A program made the position numbers and the translations under genes. Below, piece after piece: positions 11,476-21,481 of a stretch of 64,000 nt of DNA (its first letter is position 1; the number at the start of each line of letters is the position of its first letter). The DNA is taken from NCBI GenBank assembly GCA_023954175.1, contig JAMLIM010000008.1, positions 12,623 to 76,622 of the forward strand, given 5' to 3'. Origin of the DNA: Rhizobacter sp. Its GTDB lineage: Bacteria > Pseudomonadota > Gammaproteobacteria > Burkholderiales > Burkholderiaceae_C. Below the pieces are notes generated by a model, which made no database searches, had not been told where the DNA came from, and saw nothing but the letters and a program-made list of their open reading frames with translations.

Positions 11476-12063
11476 TTACTCGCGCTGCCACATCACGCCG
11501 TCTTCGGTCAGCAGTGCGTCGAGTTCGATATCCAGCGCGCTCGGGCGCAGCAGTGGCAGGAAGCCGAGTGTGAAGCTCACGCCGACCGTCATCGGGTGCG
11601 GCGTCACCGCGCGCAGCGTCCGGTCGAAGAAGCCGCCGCCGTAGCCGAGGCGCACGCCGCCGGGGCCGTAGCCGAGGCAGGGGACGACGAGCAACTCGGG
11701 CGCGAAGGCCTCGGTGCCCTTCGGCTTCGGGATGTCGTAGGCGTCGATCTCCATCGGGCAGCCGGGGAACCAGATGTGCCAGCGCAGCGACCCCGATGCG
11801 CGATCGGCACGCGGCAGGCCGATGCGGCGTGTGACGCCGTCGGGCGCGCCCTCGGTCCAGCGGTAAAGGGCCGGCAGCGGATCGAACTCGCCCTTGATCG
11901 GCCAGTAGGCGCCGATGCTGGACTCGCGCCGGCCGACGAGCCAGACACGCAGCACGTCTTGCAGGGCCACCGCGCGCTCCAACCGGTCCGGGAGCGCCTC
12001 GCGCGAGGCGATCAGCTTGCGTCGCAATGTGGCGCGCTCGGCGTCGGGGTCCGTGGGCTGCAT
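11476..12063 (-). CDS. 5-formyltetrahydrofolate cyclo-ligase (copy 1)
   Basis: LRRKLIASREAL..., YWPIKGEFDP, LLVVPCLGYGPGGVRLGYGGGFFDR are MTHFS/YgfA motifs. The start is ATG 12063. A GTG at 12129 directly after the upstream stop is the alternative. Confidence 0.8.
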   Translation of the reverse strand: MQPTDPDAERATLRRKLIASREALPDRLERAVALQDVLRVWLVGRRESSIGAYWPIKGEFDPLPALYRWTEGAPDGVTRRIGLPRADRASGSLRWHIWFPGCPMEIDAYDIPKPKGTEAFAPELLVVPCLGYGPGGVRLGYGGGFFDRTLRAVTPHPMTVGVSFTLGFLPLLRPSALDIELDALLTEDGVMWQRE

Positions 12064-12131
12064 GGGGGCGCGGTGGATGCGGTGGGCCGATTGTGCGCGA
12101 CGGGGCTTGTCCTGCGTCCCGTCCTGCACCC

Positions 12132-12737
12132 TCAGGAAACGACGCCGGCTTCGGTGACGATCAGCGTGAGTGGCCGGTCGTGCGGCTGCACCTCCCAGTC
12201 CGCCGGCTCAATCTCGCTCCCGGACCAGGCAACGCCGACCGCGGTGACGTGCGGATGCAGGCCGAGCCAGCGGTCGAAGTAGCCGCCACCATAGCCGAGG
12301 CGCCAGCCGGAGCGCGTGTAGCCGACGCACGGCACGAGCACCACGTCGGGCACCACTTCCGGCCCGGCTGCCGGTGCGGGCAGGCCGCACTCATCCACCG
12401 CTTCGGGCCGGACGCCGTCCCAGCGGCGGTAGCGCATCAGGCGCGGCTCGCGCTGCGCGTACGGCAGCGCGAGCGCAAGGGCGGCCTGACCTGCCGACTC
12501 CAATGCGTCGCATGGGTTAAATTCACCGCGAACCGGCCAGTACATGCCGAGCAGCGCGGGTTCGAGTTCGCGCAGCAGCTGAGCGAGTTGCACCGTCAAC
12601 GAGCGTTGCGCCACAGTGGCGTCGGTCGAGGCTGCGAAGTGATCCCGCGCGGCAAGCAGGCGTTGGCGCATCGCGGCCCGGCTCTCGGGCGGTTGGCTGG
12701 CGCCTTCGATGTGGCTCGCGGCCGGAGTTGCGGTCAT
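12132..12737 (-). CDS. 5-formyltetrahydrofolate cyclo-ligase (copy 2, divergent paralogue)
   Basis: MRQRLLAARDHF..., YWPVRGEFNP, VLVPCVGYTRSGWRLGYGGGYFDR. The ATG at 12737 lies inside track ORF 12132..12932. Confidence 0.75.
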   Translation of the reverse strand: MTATPAASHIEGASQPPESRAAMRQRLLAARDHFAASTDATVAQRSLTVQLAQLLRELEPALLGMYWPVRGEFNPCDALESAGQAALALALPYAQREPRLMRYRRWDGVRPEAVDECGLPAPAAGPEVVPDVVLVPCVGYTRSGWRLGYGGGYFDRWLGLHPHVTAVGVAWSGSEIEPADWEVQPHDRPLTLIVTEAGVVS

Positions 12738-12762
12738 GTTTGGGGAGGGACAATCAAGGCAC

Positions 12763-14790
12763 ATGAAACGATCGAATTCAGTATATGGGCGACTCGCCGT
12801 CAGGCTGATGGTGGCCGCGGCCGTGGCCGCGACTGCGATCGGCGCGTTGACGTTCGCACCACCCGCCTTGGCGCAGTCCGGCAACGAGACCGTGCTCGAG
12901 GCGCGCGACGCCTTCCGCAAGAAGGACCGCAACCGCCTCGCTGCGGCGCGCGCGGCAGCGCAGGCCGACCAGCACGTGCTGTTGCCCTGGGTCGAATACT
13001 GGGATCTGACGAACCGTCTGACGAGCGCGCAGCAGAGCGAGGTCGATGCGTTCTACGCGCGCTGGCCCGGCAGCTACGTCGAGGATCGACTGCGCAACGA
13101 CTGGCTGCTCGAACTCGGCCGGCGCCGCGACTGGGCGAATCTGGCGGTCGACTTTCCGCGCTTTCGGATGAACGACGACCGCGAGGTGACCTGCTATTGG
13201 TTGCTCACCGAGCATCTGGCCGGCCGCGACGTGCGCGACGCCGCGCTCGAGGCGTGGCTCGCCCAGCGCGACACCGACGACGGCTGCGCGCTGATGGCGG
13301 CCACGCTCTACGACGCCGGCAAATTCGGCGCCGCCGATGTCTGGCTCAAGGCACGTCGTTCGGTCGATGCCAATCGCCCGGCTGCGGCAAAGCAGGCGGC
13401 GGGGCTGATGGGCGCGCCGCTGATCAAACGGGTCGGCGACGCGCTCGATTCGCCGCCGCGCTACCTTGCGCGGCACGCGTCGACGGCAACGCGCAACCAG
13501 GCCGAGATGGCGGCGCTGGCGCTGATCCGCCTCGCCAACAAGGACCCCGAGATGGCGGCCGCGATGCTCAACGATCGCTGGGAGCGTGACCTGCCCGCCG
13601 ACCTGGCCGCCTGGGCCTGGGCGTCGGCCGGCCGCGAGGCGGCGCAAAATCTCGCGCCGCAGGCGCCGGCTTACTTCCAGCGCGCCGCCAGGCTCGCCGC
13701 CAAGTCGAAGCAGCCGGTGCAGTGGAGCGACGACACCCTGGCCTGGAAGGTGCGCGCGGCACTGCGCAGCGACGGTACGGCGCGTTGGCCGCAGGTGCTG
13801 CAGGCCGTGGGCGCGATGAGCGCGCAGGAGCAGGGCGAGGCCTCCTGGGTCTATTGGCGTGCGCGTGCCTTGCAGGCGACCTCGCCCGAACCGACGGTGC
13901 CCGATGCCGAAGCCAATCGCCTGCTCGCATCGATCGCGGGGGAGATGAGCTTCTACGGGTCATTGGCTGCGGAAGACCTGGGGCGGCCGCTCGTGCTCCC
14001 GCCGAAGCCCGCGCCGCCGACAGCGGCGGAGCGGGCCGCAGCGCTGCAGAACCCGGGCCTGTCGCGCGCCTTGCTGCTGATCTCGATCGGACTGCGCAGC
14101 GAGGGCGTGCGCGAGTGGAACTTCACGCTGCGCGGGATGCAGGATCGTGAGCTGCTCGCCGCCGCACAGCTCGCCTGCGAGCACGAGGTATGGGATCGCT
14201 GCATCAACACGAGCGACCGCACGCGCGCCGAGATCAACATGGAGCAGCGCTTCCCGATGCCGTTTCGCCAGGAGGTCGTCGCACGCGCCCGCGAGATCGG
14301 GCTCGACCCGGCCTACGTCTATGGCCTCATCCGGCAGGAATCGCGCTTCATCATGGATGCGCGCTCGGGCGCCGGCGCGTCGGGGCTGATGCAGATCATG
14401 CCGGCGACGGCGAAGTGGACGGCCAAGAAGATCGGCATGGACTACTCGCGCTCGATGCTGCACGACAAGGACACCAATCTGCGCCTGGGCACCGCCTATC
14501 TCAAGCTCGTGCTCGACGACTTTGCCGGCTCGCAGGCGCTCGCCGCGGCGGCCTACAACGCCGGGCCGGGGCGCTCGCGGCGCTGGCGCGACGGGCCGAC
14601 GCTCGAGACTGCCATCTGGGCCGAGAACATTCCCTTCAACGAGACGCGCGACTACGTGAAGAAGGTGCTGTCGAACGCCGCCTACTACGAGGCCTTGTTG
14701 ACGGCATCGGGTGCCTCATTGAAGCAACGGCTCGGCCCGACGGTCGGCCCGAAGGACGCTTCGCCGACGCTCGACAAGGAACTGCCCTGA
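12763..14790 (+). CDS. slt: soluble lytic murein transglycosylase
   Basis: Signal peptide MKRSNSVYGRLAVRLMVAAAVAATAIGALTFAPPALAQ, a long superhelical repeat region, and a C-terminal SLT domain (GLIRQESRF...GLMQIMPATA...AAYNAGPGR). Confidence 0.9.
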   Translation: MKRSNSVYGRLAVRLMVAAAVAATAIGALTFAPPALAQSGNETVLEARDAFRKKDRNRLAAARAAAQADQHVLLPWVEYWDLTNRLTSAQQSEVDAFYARWPGSYVEDRLRNDWLLELGRRRDWANLAVDFPRFRMNDDREVTCYWLLTEHLAGRDVRDAALEAWLAQRDTDDGCALMAATLYDAGKFGAADVWLKARRSVDANRPAAAKQAAGLMGAPLIKRVGDALDSPPRYLARHASTATRNQAEMAALALIRLANKDPEMAAAMLNDRWERDLPADLAAWAWASAGREAAQNLAPQAPAYFQRAARLAAKSKQPVQWSDDTLAWKVRAALRSDGTARWPQVLQAVGAMSAQEQGEASWVYWRARALQATSPEPTVPDAEANRLLASIAGEMSFYGSLAAEDLGRPLVLPPKPAPPTAAERAAALQNPGLSRALLLISIGLRSEGVREWNFTLRGMQDRELLAAAQLACEHEVWDRCINTSDRTRAEINMEQRFPMPFRQEVVARAREIGLDPAYVYGLIRQESRFIMDARSGAGASGLMQIMPATAKWTAKKIGMDYSRSMLHDKDTNLRLGTAYLKLVLDDFAGSQALAAAAYNAGPGRSRRWRDGPTLETAIWAENIPFNETRDYVKKVLSNAAYYEALLTASGASLKQRLGPTVGPKDASPTLDKELP

Positions 14791-14881
14791 ACGGCTCGCC
14801 CGCGGGACGACGCACAATCGCATGAGCGCGCCGGGCCGCCCCACGGGCGAATGCCGGAGTGCGCAACACGAAGGTACTCCA

Positions 14882-15844
14882 ATGGCCATGAACAGCATCC
14901 TGATCCTCGGCGGCACCGGTTTTGTCGGCAGCACCTTGTGTGAGCGGCTCGTGCGCCGCCATGGTGGCGGCAGTCTGCGCATCACCGTGCCGAGCAGGCG
15001 GCGCGACCGTGCCCGACATCTGCAGTTGCTGCCGACCGTCGACGTGGAGCAGGCCGACGTGCACGACGACGGCGAACTTGCGCGACTCGTCGCCGGGCGC
15101 ACTGCGGTCATCAACCTGGTTGCGATCCTGCATGGAAGCGAGAAGGAATTTGAGCGCGTGCACCTCGACCTGCCGCGGCGGCTGGCACAGGCCTGCAAGG
15201 TGGCCGGCGTAGCGCGTCTGCTGCACGTGAGCGCGCTCGGTGCGGCGCCCGATGCGCCGTCGCTCTACCTGCGGTCCAAGGCGGCGGGCGAGACGGCGCT
15301 GCGCGACGCCTGCCCGGCTGCGACCGTGTTCAGGCCTTCGGTCATCTTCGGTGCCGGGGACCGTTTCATGAACCAGTTCGCCAGGTTGCAGGCGGTGTTC
15401 CCGATCATGCCGCTGGCCTGCGCGGACGCGCGCTTTCAGCCGGTCTGGGTGGAGGACGTGGCCGAGGCCATCGTGCGCGCGCTGGACGACCCCGAAACCG
15501 CAGGCGAGACCTTCGAATGCGCCGGCCCGCGCGTCTTCACGCTGGCGCAACTGGTGCAGCTTGCGGGCAGATGGTCGGGGCGCGAGCGCCCGATCGTGCC
15601 GCTGCCGGCTGCGCTGGGCAGGCTCCAGGCCTTGGTGATGGAACTCATGCCGGGCGAGCCCCTGATGTCGCGCGACAACCTGCGCTCGATGCAGGTGCCG
15701 AATGTTGCAAGCGGCGACGGCCCGGGCCTGACCTCGCTTGGCATCGTGCCGACCGACATCAAAGCGGTGGTGCCGGCGATGCTTCAACCGGGCGGCGAAG
15801 CGGGGCGCCTGAACCGCTGGCGCGCGGCGGTACACCGGCGCTGA
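14882..15844 (+). CDS. NAD(P)-binding epimerase/dehydratase family protein (NDUFA9-like)
   Basis: MAMNSILILGGTGFVGSTLCERL (Rossmann GxxGxxG), YLRSKAAGE (YxxxK), RPSVIFG. Confidence 0.8.
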   Translation: MAMNSILILGGTGFVGSTLCERLVRRHGGGSLRITVPSRRRDRARHLQLLPTVDVEQADVHDDGELARLVAGRTAVINLVAILHGSEKEFERVHLDLPRRLAQACKVAGVARLLHVSALGAAPDAPSLYLRSKAAGETALRDACPAATVFRPSVIFGAGDRFMNQFARLQAVFPIMPLACADARFQPVWVEDVAEAIVRALDDPETAGETFECAGPRVFTLAQLVQLAGRWSGRERPIVPLPAALGRLQALVMELMPGEPLMSRDNLRSMQVPNVASGDGPGLTSLGIVPTDIKAVVPAMLQPGGEAGRLNRWRAAVHRR

Positions 15845-16069
15845 AGTGAAACTGACGACCCCCGGCCCCCCGGCCGCTCGGCCAGATGGCGGCCGCCCCC
15901 GGCGGTGGCAGCGAGTTCGACCGGGACACCCGGATCGGGTTCGGCGCGCTGACACCGCTGCACCCCCTGCTTGCCTGCGGCAGCCTGTCCCCGAGGGGAC
16001 GGCAAGGCCAAGCCATGCGTCGCGGGTCGCGCGAAGCGCGGTGGGCCAATTGACATGCAAGAGGGTGCC

Positions 16070-16750
16070 ATGAAGCTCTACATCGGCAACAAGAACTATT
16101 CGTCGTGGTCGCTGCGTCCGTGGCTGTTGATGCGCCATGCAGGCATCGAGTTCGAGGAGGTCAAGCTGCGCCTCGACTTCAGCCAGGGCTCGGCCTTTCG
16201 GCGTCAGCTCCTCGCGGTGGCGCCGATTGCCAAGGTGCCCGTGCTGGTCGACGATGGCCTGGTCATCTGGGACACGCTCGCCATCGCCGAGTATCTGGCC
16301 GAGAAGTTCCCGCATCTGAACCTGTGGCCTCAGGGGCGGGCCGCGAGGGCGACCGCTCGCAGCCTGTGCGCCGAGATGCACGCGGGGTTCGCCGCCTTGC
16401 GAAATCACTTCCCGATGAACATCGAGGCGTCATTGCCGGACGTTGGCGCGAAGGTGCTGCGCGAGCAGCCCGAAGTCGTGCGCGATGTAGCGCGCATCGG
16501 CGATATGTGGTCGAGGGCGCTCGATGACTCCGGCGGGCCGTTCCTGTTCGGTGAGTTCGGCGTCGTCGACGCCTATTACGCACCGGTCTGCACCCGCTTG
16601 CGAACCTACGGCGTCGCCTTGCCGGAAAGGCCGCAGCGCTACGCGCAACGGATGCTCGAACTGGACGCTCAGCGAGACTGGAATGACGCGGCGAAGAGCG
16701 AGGCCGATTTTCTGCAGAGCGATGAGCCCTACAGAAGCGAAAGACGCTGA
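16070..16750 (+). CDS. glutathione S-transferase family protein
   Basis: MKLYIGNKNYSSWSLRPWLLM..., KVPVLVDDGLVIWDTLAIAEYLAE (GST N-domain), and a C-terminal helical domain. ATG at 16070. Confidence 0.85.
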   Translation: MKLYIGNKNYSSWSLRPWLLMRHAGIEFEEVKLRLDFSQGSAFRRQLLAVAPIAKVPVLVDDGLVIWDTLAIAEYLAEKFPHLNLWPQGRAARATARSLCAEMHAGFAALRNHFPMNIEASLPDVGAKVLREQPEVVRDVARIGDMWSRALDDSGGPFLFGEFGVVDAYYAPVCTRLRTYGVALPERPQRYAQRMLELDAQRDWNDAAKSEADFLQSDEPYRSERR

Positions 16751-16761
16751 CTCCGGGGCGC

Positions 16762-16794
16762 GCAGCAAAAGCAAAAGCGGGCCGAAGCCCGCTT
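16762..16794 (-). terminator. rho-independent terminator for the PEP-CTERM gene
   Basis: On the minus strand, AAGCGGGC-uucg-GCCCGCUU (8-bp stem, 16775-16794) is followed by UUUGCUUUUGCUG. It lies 48 nt past the stop at 16842. Confidence 0.55.
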
Positions 16795-16841
16795 GATCCG
16801 GAAGGCAAACTCGATCTGCGAGTCTGCCTTTGCTACCGTCT

Positions 16842-17348
16842 TCAGAGCAGCTTGCGACGCTTCGCGATGAAGCCGACGGCGCCAAGTCCTGCCAACAAGA
16901 GCGCGTAGGTTCCTGGTTCCGGAACCGGAGACACGTTCAGCGTGCCGCTGTACGAGGCTGCTGTCGAGCCTGGGGTGCCGGAAGCCGTGCCCATGACGAT
17001 GAGTTGGAAGGTCGGCCCGGTCAAACCGGACCAAGCGCCAACGCCAATCTCGAACTGACCGTTTGGCGAAAATGTCAATGCGTTGCCATCGAGAGTGGCT
17101 GACGTGAAGTCGATGTTCTGGTTGCCGTTGATCAGCGCGGCAGTGACCAGACTCGCGGTCACGTCCGCAAAACTCGGGCCATTGATGAAGTTGAAGGTGT
17201 CGGTGAACGCGCCATCGTCGAAGTGGAAGACGCCAAAGAACGCGGTTCCGCTAGACAGATCAATGTCGTCGACGGTGTTGTTCTCCGCCCAGGCACCGGA
17301 CGAAGCCACTGCCACTGCTGCGGCAAGGGCGAGATGTTTGAATTTCAT
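16842..17348 (-). CDS. PEP-CTERM sorting-domain protein (FxDxF type)
   Basis: Signal peptide MKFKHLALAAAVAVASSGAWA, an FTDTFNF motif, and the C-terminal VPEPGTYALLLAGLGAVGFIAKRRKLL (PEP motif, TM helix, basic tail). Confidence 0.85.
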   Translation of the reverse strand: MKFKHLALAAAVAVASSGAWAENNTVDDIDLSSGTAFFGVFHFDDGAFTDTFNFINGPSFADVTASLVTAALINGNQNIDFTSATLDGNALTFSPNGQFEIGVGAWSGLTGPTFQLIVMGTASGTPGSTAASYSGTLNVSPVPEPGTYALLLAGLGAVGFIAKRRKLL

Positions 17349-17568
17349 GTAGTCCTCCTAGCTTCGGGATTAACGCACGCTCCGCTGAAAACCTGCGGAT
17401 GGGCCAGTATGGCCGATCTCGAGCCGTCCGCCACCCCCTATTCAAGGGGGTCAGTCGCTGATCGGGTTTACCCCGTTGCCAAGCGGACTTCGGCGAAATG
17501 GCGGAACCCGAAGAAGCGGAAAGCGCGCCTGAGGCGCGCTTTCGATGCATGGAAGACGAGGAGTTCGT

Positions 17569-18069
17569 TCAGGCAGCGCGACGGCGACCTGCAACAAAGC
17601 CAACCGCGGCCAACCCGGCGAGCATCAACGCGTAGGTCTCTGGCTCAGGTACCGGCGTGATCTGCAGTTCACCTGCGAAGGCGGCTCGTCCGGTCGCGCT
17701 GCCTATGGTGTGGATCTCATACATGATGCCCGACGTCAACGCCACAGGGGCCAACGACCATTGTTCGCTTGGATCGAATCCAGTCTGCGTGTAGTCGTAT
17801 TCGGTCACCCCGTCGGTGAGGAAAATTCGCGAGAAGTCGACATCCTTCGCGCCGTTCACGAAGCTGGTGACACTTGACGTCAGGGTCCAAGGGCCGCCGC
17901 CGACAGAGAAATCCCAGTACAAATCAAAGGCTCCCACGAGGCCGCCCTTCGCGAAGGTCGCGAACTCAGGGTCCACGACCGTGACGCCGCCCTGATAGTC
18001 CGACGCGTGAGCAATGCCGGCGCACGCCAAAGCGGCCGCCGCTGCAATGTACTTGAGATTGTTCTTCAT
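17569..18069 (-). CDS. PEP-CTERM sorting-domain protein
   Basis: MKNNLKYIAAAAALACAGIAHA signal peptide. The C-terminus is VPEPETYALMLAGLAAVGFVAGRRRAA. Confidence 0.85.
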   Translation of the reverse strand: MKNNLKYIAAAAALACAGIAHASDYQGGVTVVDPEFATFAKGGLVGAFDLYWDFSVGGGPWTLTSSVTSFVNGAKDVDFSRIFLTDGVTEYDYTQTGFDPSEQWSLAPVALTSGIMYEIHTIGSATGRAAFAGELQITPVPEPETYALMLAGLAAVGFVAGRRRAA

Positions 18070-18313
18070 CAGTCGCTCCTTGAGGGTTCCATTCAAATCC
18101 GCTGGTCTACTCGAGGTCAGAACCGACCAACAGGGCCCGATCTCTCAGAGGCAACTCTAACGGCGATGATCTGGTGCGGCTATCCCCGATATGCGGGGCG
18201 CCCTATCGTTACAGTTTCGCGAGTGAACTGAACCCGAAATGCGCTGGCGACCGCCGTGTGCCCCAATCGGCATCAGCGGTTGGCGTCCAATTCCACAACA
18301 CCGTCCCATGTAG

Positions 18314-18342
18314 TTGACGTATCTATTGTTTATTCATAAAGT
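18314..18342 (+). promoter_or_regulatory. candidate sigma-70 promoter in an AT-rich divergent intergenic region
   Basis: TTGACG - 17 nt - TAAAGT, about 50 nt upstream of the ATG at 18392. It is embedded in the most AT-rich stretch of the window (tatctattgtttattcataaagta), a plausible MarR operator region. Confidence 0.35.
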
Positions 18343-18391
18343 ACCTGGATGCCCACCCGCAATCTGACACTCTGAGACAGGTTCGCACAAG

Positions 18392-20767
18392 ATGAAGATC
18401 GTCTGTATCGGCGGGGGCCCTGCCGGCCTCTATTTCGCGTTGCTGATGAAGAAGCAGGACGCGTCACATGACATCACGGTGGTCGAGCGCAACCTCCCGT
18501 ACGACACGTTCGGCTGGGGCGTCGTGCTGTCGGACGCGACGATGGACAACATGCGGCTGTGGGACCCGGCCACGGCGGCGACGATCGAGCATGCGTTCAA
18601 CCACTGGGACGACATCGAACTGCACTTCAAGGGTCACACGATCCGCAGCGGCGGGCACGGCTTCGTCGGCATCGGGCGCAAGAAGCTGCTCAACATCCTG
18701 CAGGCGCGGTGCGAGATCCTCGGCGTCAAGCTCGTCTTCGAGCGCGAGGTGACGTCGGCTGACGAGTATCCCGACGCCGATCTGATCATCGCCTCGGACG
18801 GCATCAACTCGCGCATCCGCAACGAGCACGTCGCCGTCTTCAAGCCCGACATCGTCGGCCGGCCCAATCGCTACATCTGGCTCGGCACCCACAAGCTCTA
18901 CGACGCCTTCACGTTCCTGTTCGAGAAGACCGAGCACGGCTGGTTCCAGGCGCACATCTACAAGTTCGACGAGACGACGACGACCTTCATCGTCGAGGCG
19001 CCCGAAGACGTCTGGAAGGCACACGGCCTCGATCGTGCCGACCAGGACGAGTCGATCGCGTTCTGCGAGCGGCTCTTCGCCGACAACCTGCAGGGCGCGA
19101 AGCTGATGACGAATGCGCGTCACCTGCGCGGCTCGGCCTGGCTCAACTTCCAGCGCGTCAAGTGCGAGCAGTGGTCCTACTTCAACGGCAGCAGCCACAT
19201 CGTGCTGATGGGCGATGCCGTGCATACCGCGCACTTCGCGATCGGCTCGGGCACCAAGCTGGCGCTCGAGGATGCGATCGAACTCACGCGCCAGTTCAAC
19301 GAACACGGCACCGCGCCCGAGCACATCCCGGAGGTGCTGGAGCGCTATCAGGCGCTGCGCAACATCGACGTGCTGCGCCTGCAGAACGCCGCCTGGAACG
19401 CGATGGAATGGTTCGAGGTGGTCGGCCATCGCTATGCCGACACGCTGCCGCCGGAGCAGTTCATGTACTCGATGCTGACGCGCTCGCAGCGCATCTCGCA
19501 CGAGAACCTGCGGCTGCGCGACCGGGCCTGGCTCGAGGGCTTCGAACATTGGTTCGCCGAGTCCGCCGCCGCGCAATCGGGCACGCAGCTGCCGGCCGGC
19601 GATGCGCCGCCGCCGATGTTCACGCCCTACAAGCTTCGCAGCGTCGTGCTCAAGAACCGCGTCGTCGTCTCGCCGATGGCGCAGTACTCGGCGGTCGACG
19701 GCGTGGCAGGCGACTTCCACCTGGCGCACCTCGGCGCGCGCGCGCTCGGCGGTGCCGCACTCGTGTTCGCCGAGATGACCTGCGTCAGCGCCGAAGGCCG
19801 CATCACACCGGGCTGCGCGGGGCTCTACAAGCCGGAGCACGTGACGGCCTTCAAGCGCGTCGCCGACTTCATCCACACCCACAGCGACGCGAAGTTCGCG
19901 ATCCAGATCGGACATGCGGGTGCGAAGGCCTCGACCCGCGTCCCCTGGGAAGGCGCCGACCAGCCTTTGGTGGCCGGCAACTGGCCGCTGATCTCGGCCT
20001 CGCCGCAGCAGTATCTCGAAGGCGTGAGCGACACCTCGCGCGCGATGACGCGTGCCGACATGGACGCCGTGACGGCCGATTTCGTCCGCACTGCCGCGTG
20101 GGCGGCCGAGGCCGGCGCCGACTGGCTCGAGCTGCATTGCGCGCACGGCTATCTGCTGTCGTCGTTCATCTCGCCGCTCACGAACCAGCGCACGGACGAG
20201 TACGGCGGCAGCCTGGCAAACCGCGTGCGCTATCCGGTCGAGGTCTTCAAGGCGATCCGCGCCGTCTGGCCCGATCATCTGCCGATCTCGGTGCGCATCT
20301 CCGCGCACGACTGGGTCGAAGGCGGCATCACGCCGGACGACGCGGTCGAGATCGCACGCCACTTCAAGGCGGCCGGCGCGGACATGATCGACTGCTCGTC
20401 GGGGCAGGTCAGCCCGCTCCAGAAGCCCGTCTACGGCCGCATGTACCAGACGCCGTTCGCCGACCGCATCCGCAACGAGGCCGGCATTGCGACGATCGCG
20501 GTCGGCGCGATCTCGGAGGCCGACCACATCAACAGCATCATCGCCGCCGGACGCGCCGATCTGTGTGCCGTCGCCCGCCCGCATCTGGCCAATCCCGCGT
20601 GGACGCTGATGGAAGCCGCGCGCATCGGCTATCACGCGCTGCCCTGGCCCAAGCAGTACCTGTCGGCCAAGTCGCAGCTCGAGCGCAATCTGGAGCGTGA
20701 ACGCGCGCTGGCCGAAGCCGCCGGTGCCGCGGGCGCCGATCAGGCCAACCGCGCGCTCGGGGTCTGA
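18392..20767 (+). CDS. bifunctional aryl-CoA monooxygenase/reductase (2-aminobenzoyl-CoA monooxygenase/reductase or salicylyl-CoA 5-hydroxylase type)
   Basis: 791 aa. The N-terminal FAD monooxygenase has [19 protein letters not shown] and [15 protein letters not shown]. It is fused to a C-terminal Old-Yellow-Enzyme-type domain (SPMAQYSA..., [26 protein letters not shown]). Confidence 0.88.
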   Translation: MKIVCIGGGPAGLYFALLMKKQDASHDITVVERNLPYDTFGWGVVLSDATMDNMRLWDPATAATIEHAFNHWDDIELHFKGHTIRSGGHGFVGIGRKKLLNILQARCEILGVKLVFEREVTSADEYPDADLIIASDGINSRIRNEHVAVFKPDIVGRPNRYIWLGTHKLYDAFTFLFEKTEHGWFQAHIYKFDETTTTFIVEAPEDVWKAHGLDRADQDESIAFCERLFADNLQGAKLMTNARHLRGSAWLNFQRVKCEQWSYFNGSSHIVLMGDAVHTAHFAIGSGTKLALEDAIELTRQFNEHGTAPEHIPEVLERYQALRNIDVLRLQNAAWNAMEWFEVVGHRYADTLPPEQFMYSMLTRSQRISHENLRLRDRAWLEGFEHWFAESAAAQSGTQLPAGDAPPPMFTPYKLRSVVLKNRVVVSPMAQYSAVDGVAGDFHLAHLGARALGGAALVFAEMTCVSAEGRITPGCAGLYKPEHVTAFKRVADFIHTHSDAKFAIQIGHAGAKASTRVPWEGADQPLVAGNWPLISASPQQYLEGVSDTSRAMTRADMDAVTADFVRTAAWAAEAGADWLELHCAHGYLLSSFISPLTNQRTDEYGGSLANRVRYPVEVFKAIRAVWPDHLPISVRISAHDWVEGGITPDDAVEIARHFKAAGADMIDCSSGQVSPLQKPVYGRMYQTPFADRIRNEAGIATIAVGAISEADHINSIIAAGRADLCAVARPHLANPAWTLMEAARIGYHALPWPKQYLSAKSQLERNLERERALAEAAGAAGADQANRALGV

Positions 20768-20817
20768 ACGATGTGCCGCGGGGTGACGCCGTGAACGACG
20801 CGCCGGAAGCGGCGGCG

Positions 20818-21351
20818 ATGGAGCTCGATCTGCCGCGCCTGCTCGGCGACGACCAGATCGGCCACGAGGCGCGCGCCGCGTCGGGCGACCGGCTCTCGCT
20901 CAAGGTCTGGCTGCGGCTGCTCGCGTGCAGCACGCAGATCGAAACCGAAATCCGCAAGCGCCTGCGCGCGCGCTTCGGCATCACGCTTGCGCGCTTCGAC
21001 TACCTCGCGCAGTTGCATCGTCACCCGCAAGGGTTGCGCATGAACATGCTGTCGCGCTACCTGATGGTCACCGGCGGCAACGTCACGGGCCTGACGGACG
21101 AACTCGAACGCGACGGCCTCGTCACGCGCGAGGACGATCCGAGCGACCGCCGCTCGTTCCGCCTTCGCCTGACCGACGCCGGCCGCCAGGCCTTCGAGAC
21201 GATTGCGGCCGCGCACGAGGCCTGGCTCGTCGAGCTGTGCGCCGGCGTCGATGGCGCGCTGCTGGAAGCGCTCTACGAGCACCTCGGCCAGCTGCGCGTG
21301 CAACTCGCGCACAACGTGGCGGCTGCCAACGAGCGGGGCGCGAGCCTGTGA
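20818..21351 (+). CDS. MarR family transcriptional regulator
   Basis: LARFDYLAQLHRHPQGLRMNMLSRYLMVTGGNVTGLTDELERDGLVTREDDPSDRRSFRLRLT is a winged-helix MarR core. Alternative GTG start at 20773. Confidence 0.85.
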   Translation: MELDLPRLLGDDQIGHEARAASGDRLSLKVWLRLLACSTQIETEIRKRLRARFGITLARFDYLAQLHRHPQGLRMNMLSRYLMVTGGNVTGLTDELERDGLVTREDDPSDRRSFRLRLTDAGRQAFETIAAAHEAWLVELCAGVDGALLEALYEHLGQLRVQLAHNVAAANERGASL

Positions 21352-21481
21352 GCCGATTGCGCGCTTCGCACCGGGTCGCGCCCGGCCCTTTCGCTGCCCC
21401 CTCGCGGCAGGGCCCTTGTCCGTTGAGCGCGCCGGGCGGATCATTCCCATCGCAGACTGCACTACAGACCGGAGGCGCGTC

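Noticed and set aside
12738-12762. A 6S RNA gene upstream of the 5-formyl-THF cyclo-ligase genes, by analogy with ssrS-ygfA in E. coli.
   Set aside because: Only 25 nt separate the cyclo-ligase start from the divergent slt start, and only 22 nt lie between metF and the downstream end. There is no room for an RNA of about 180 nt.
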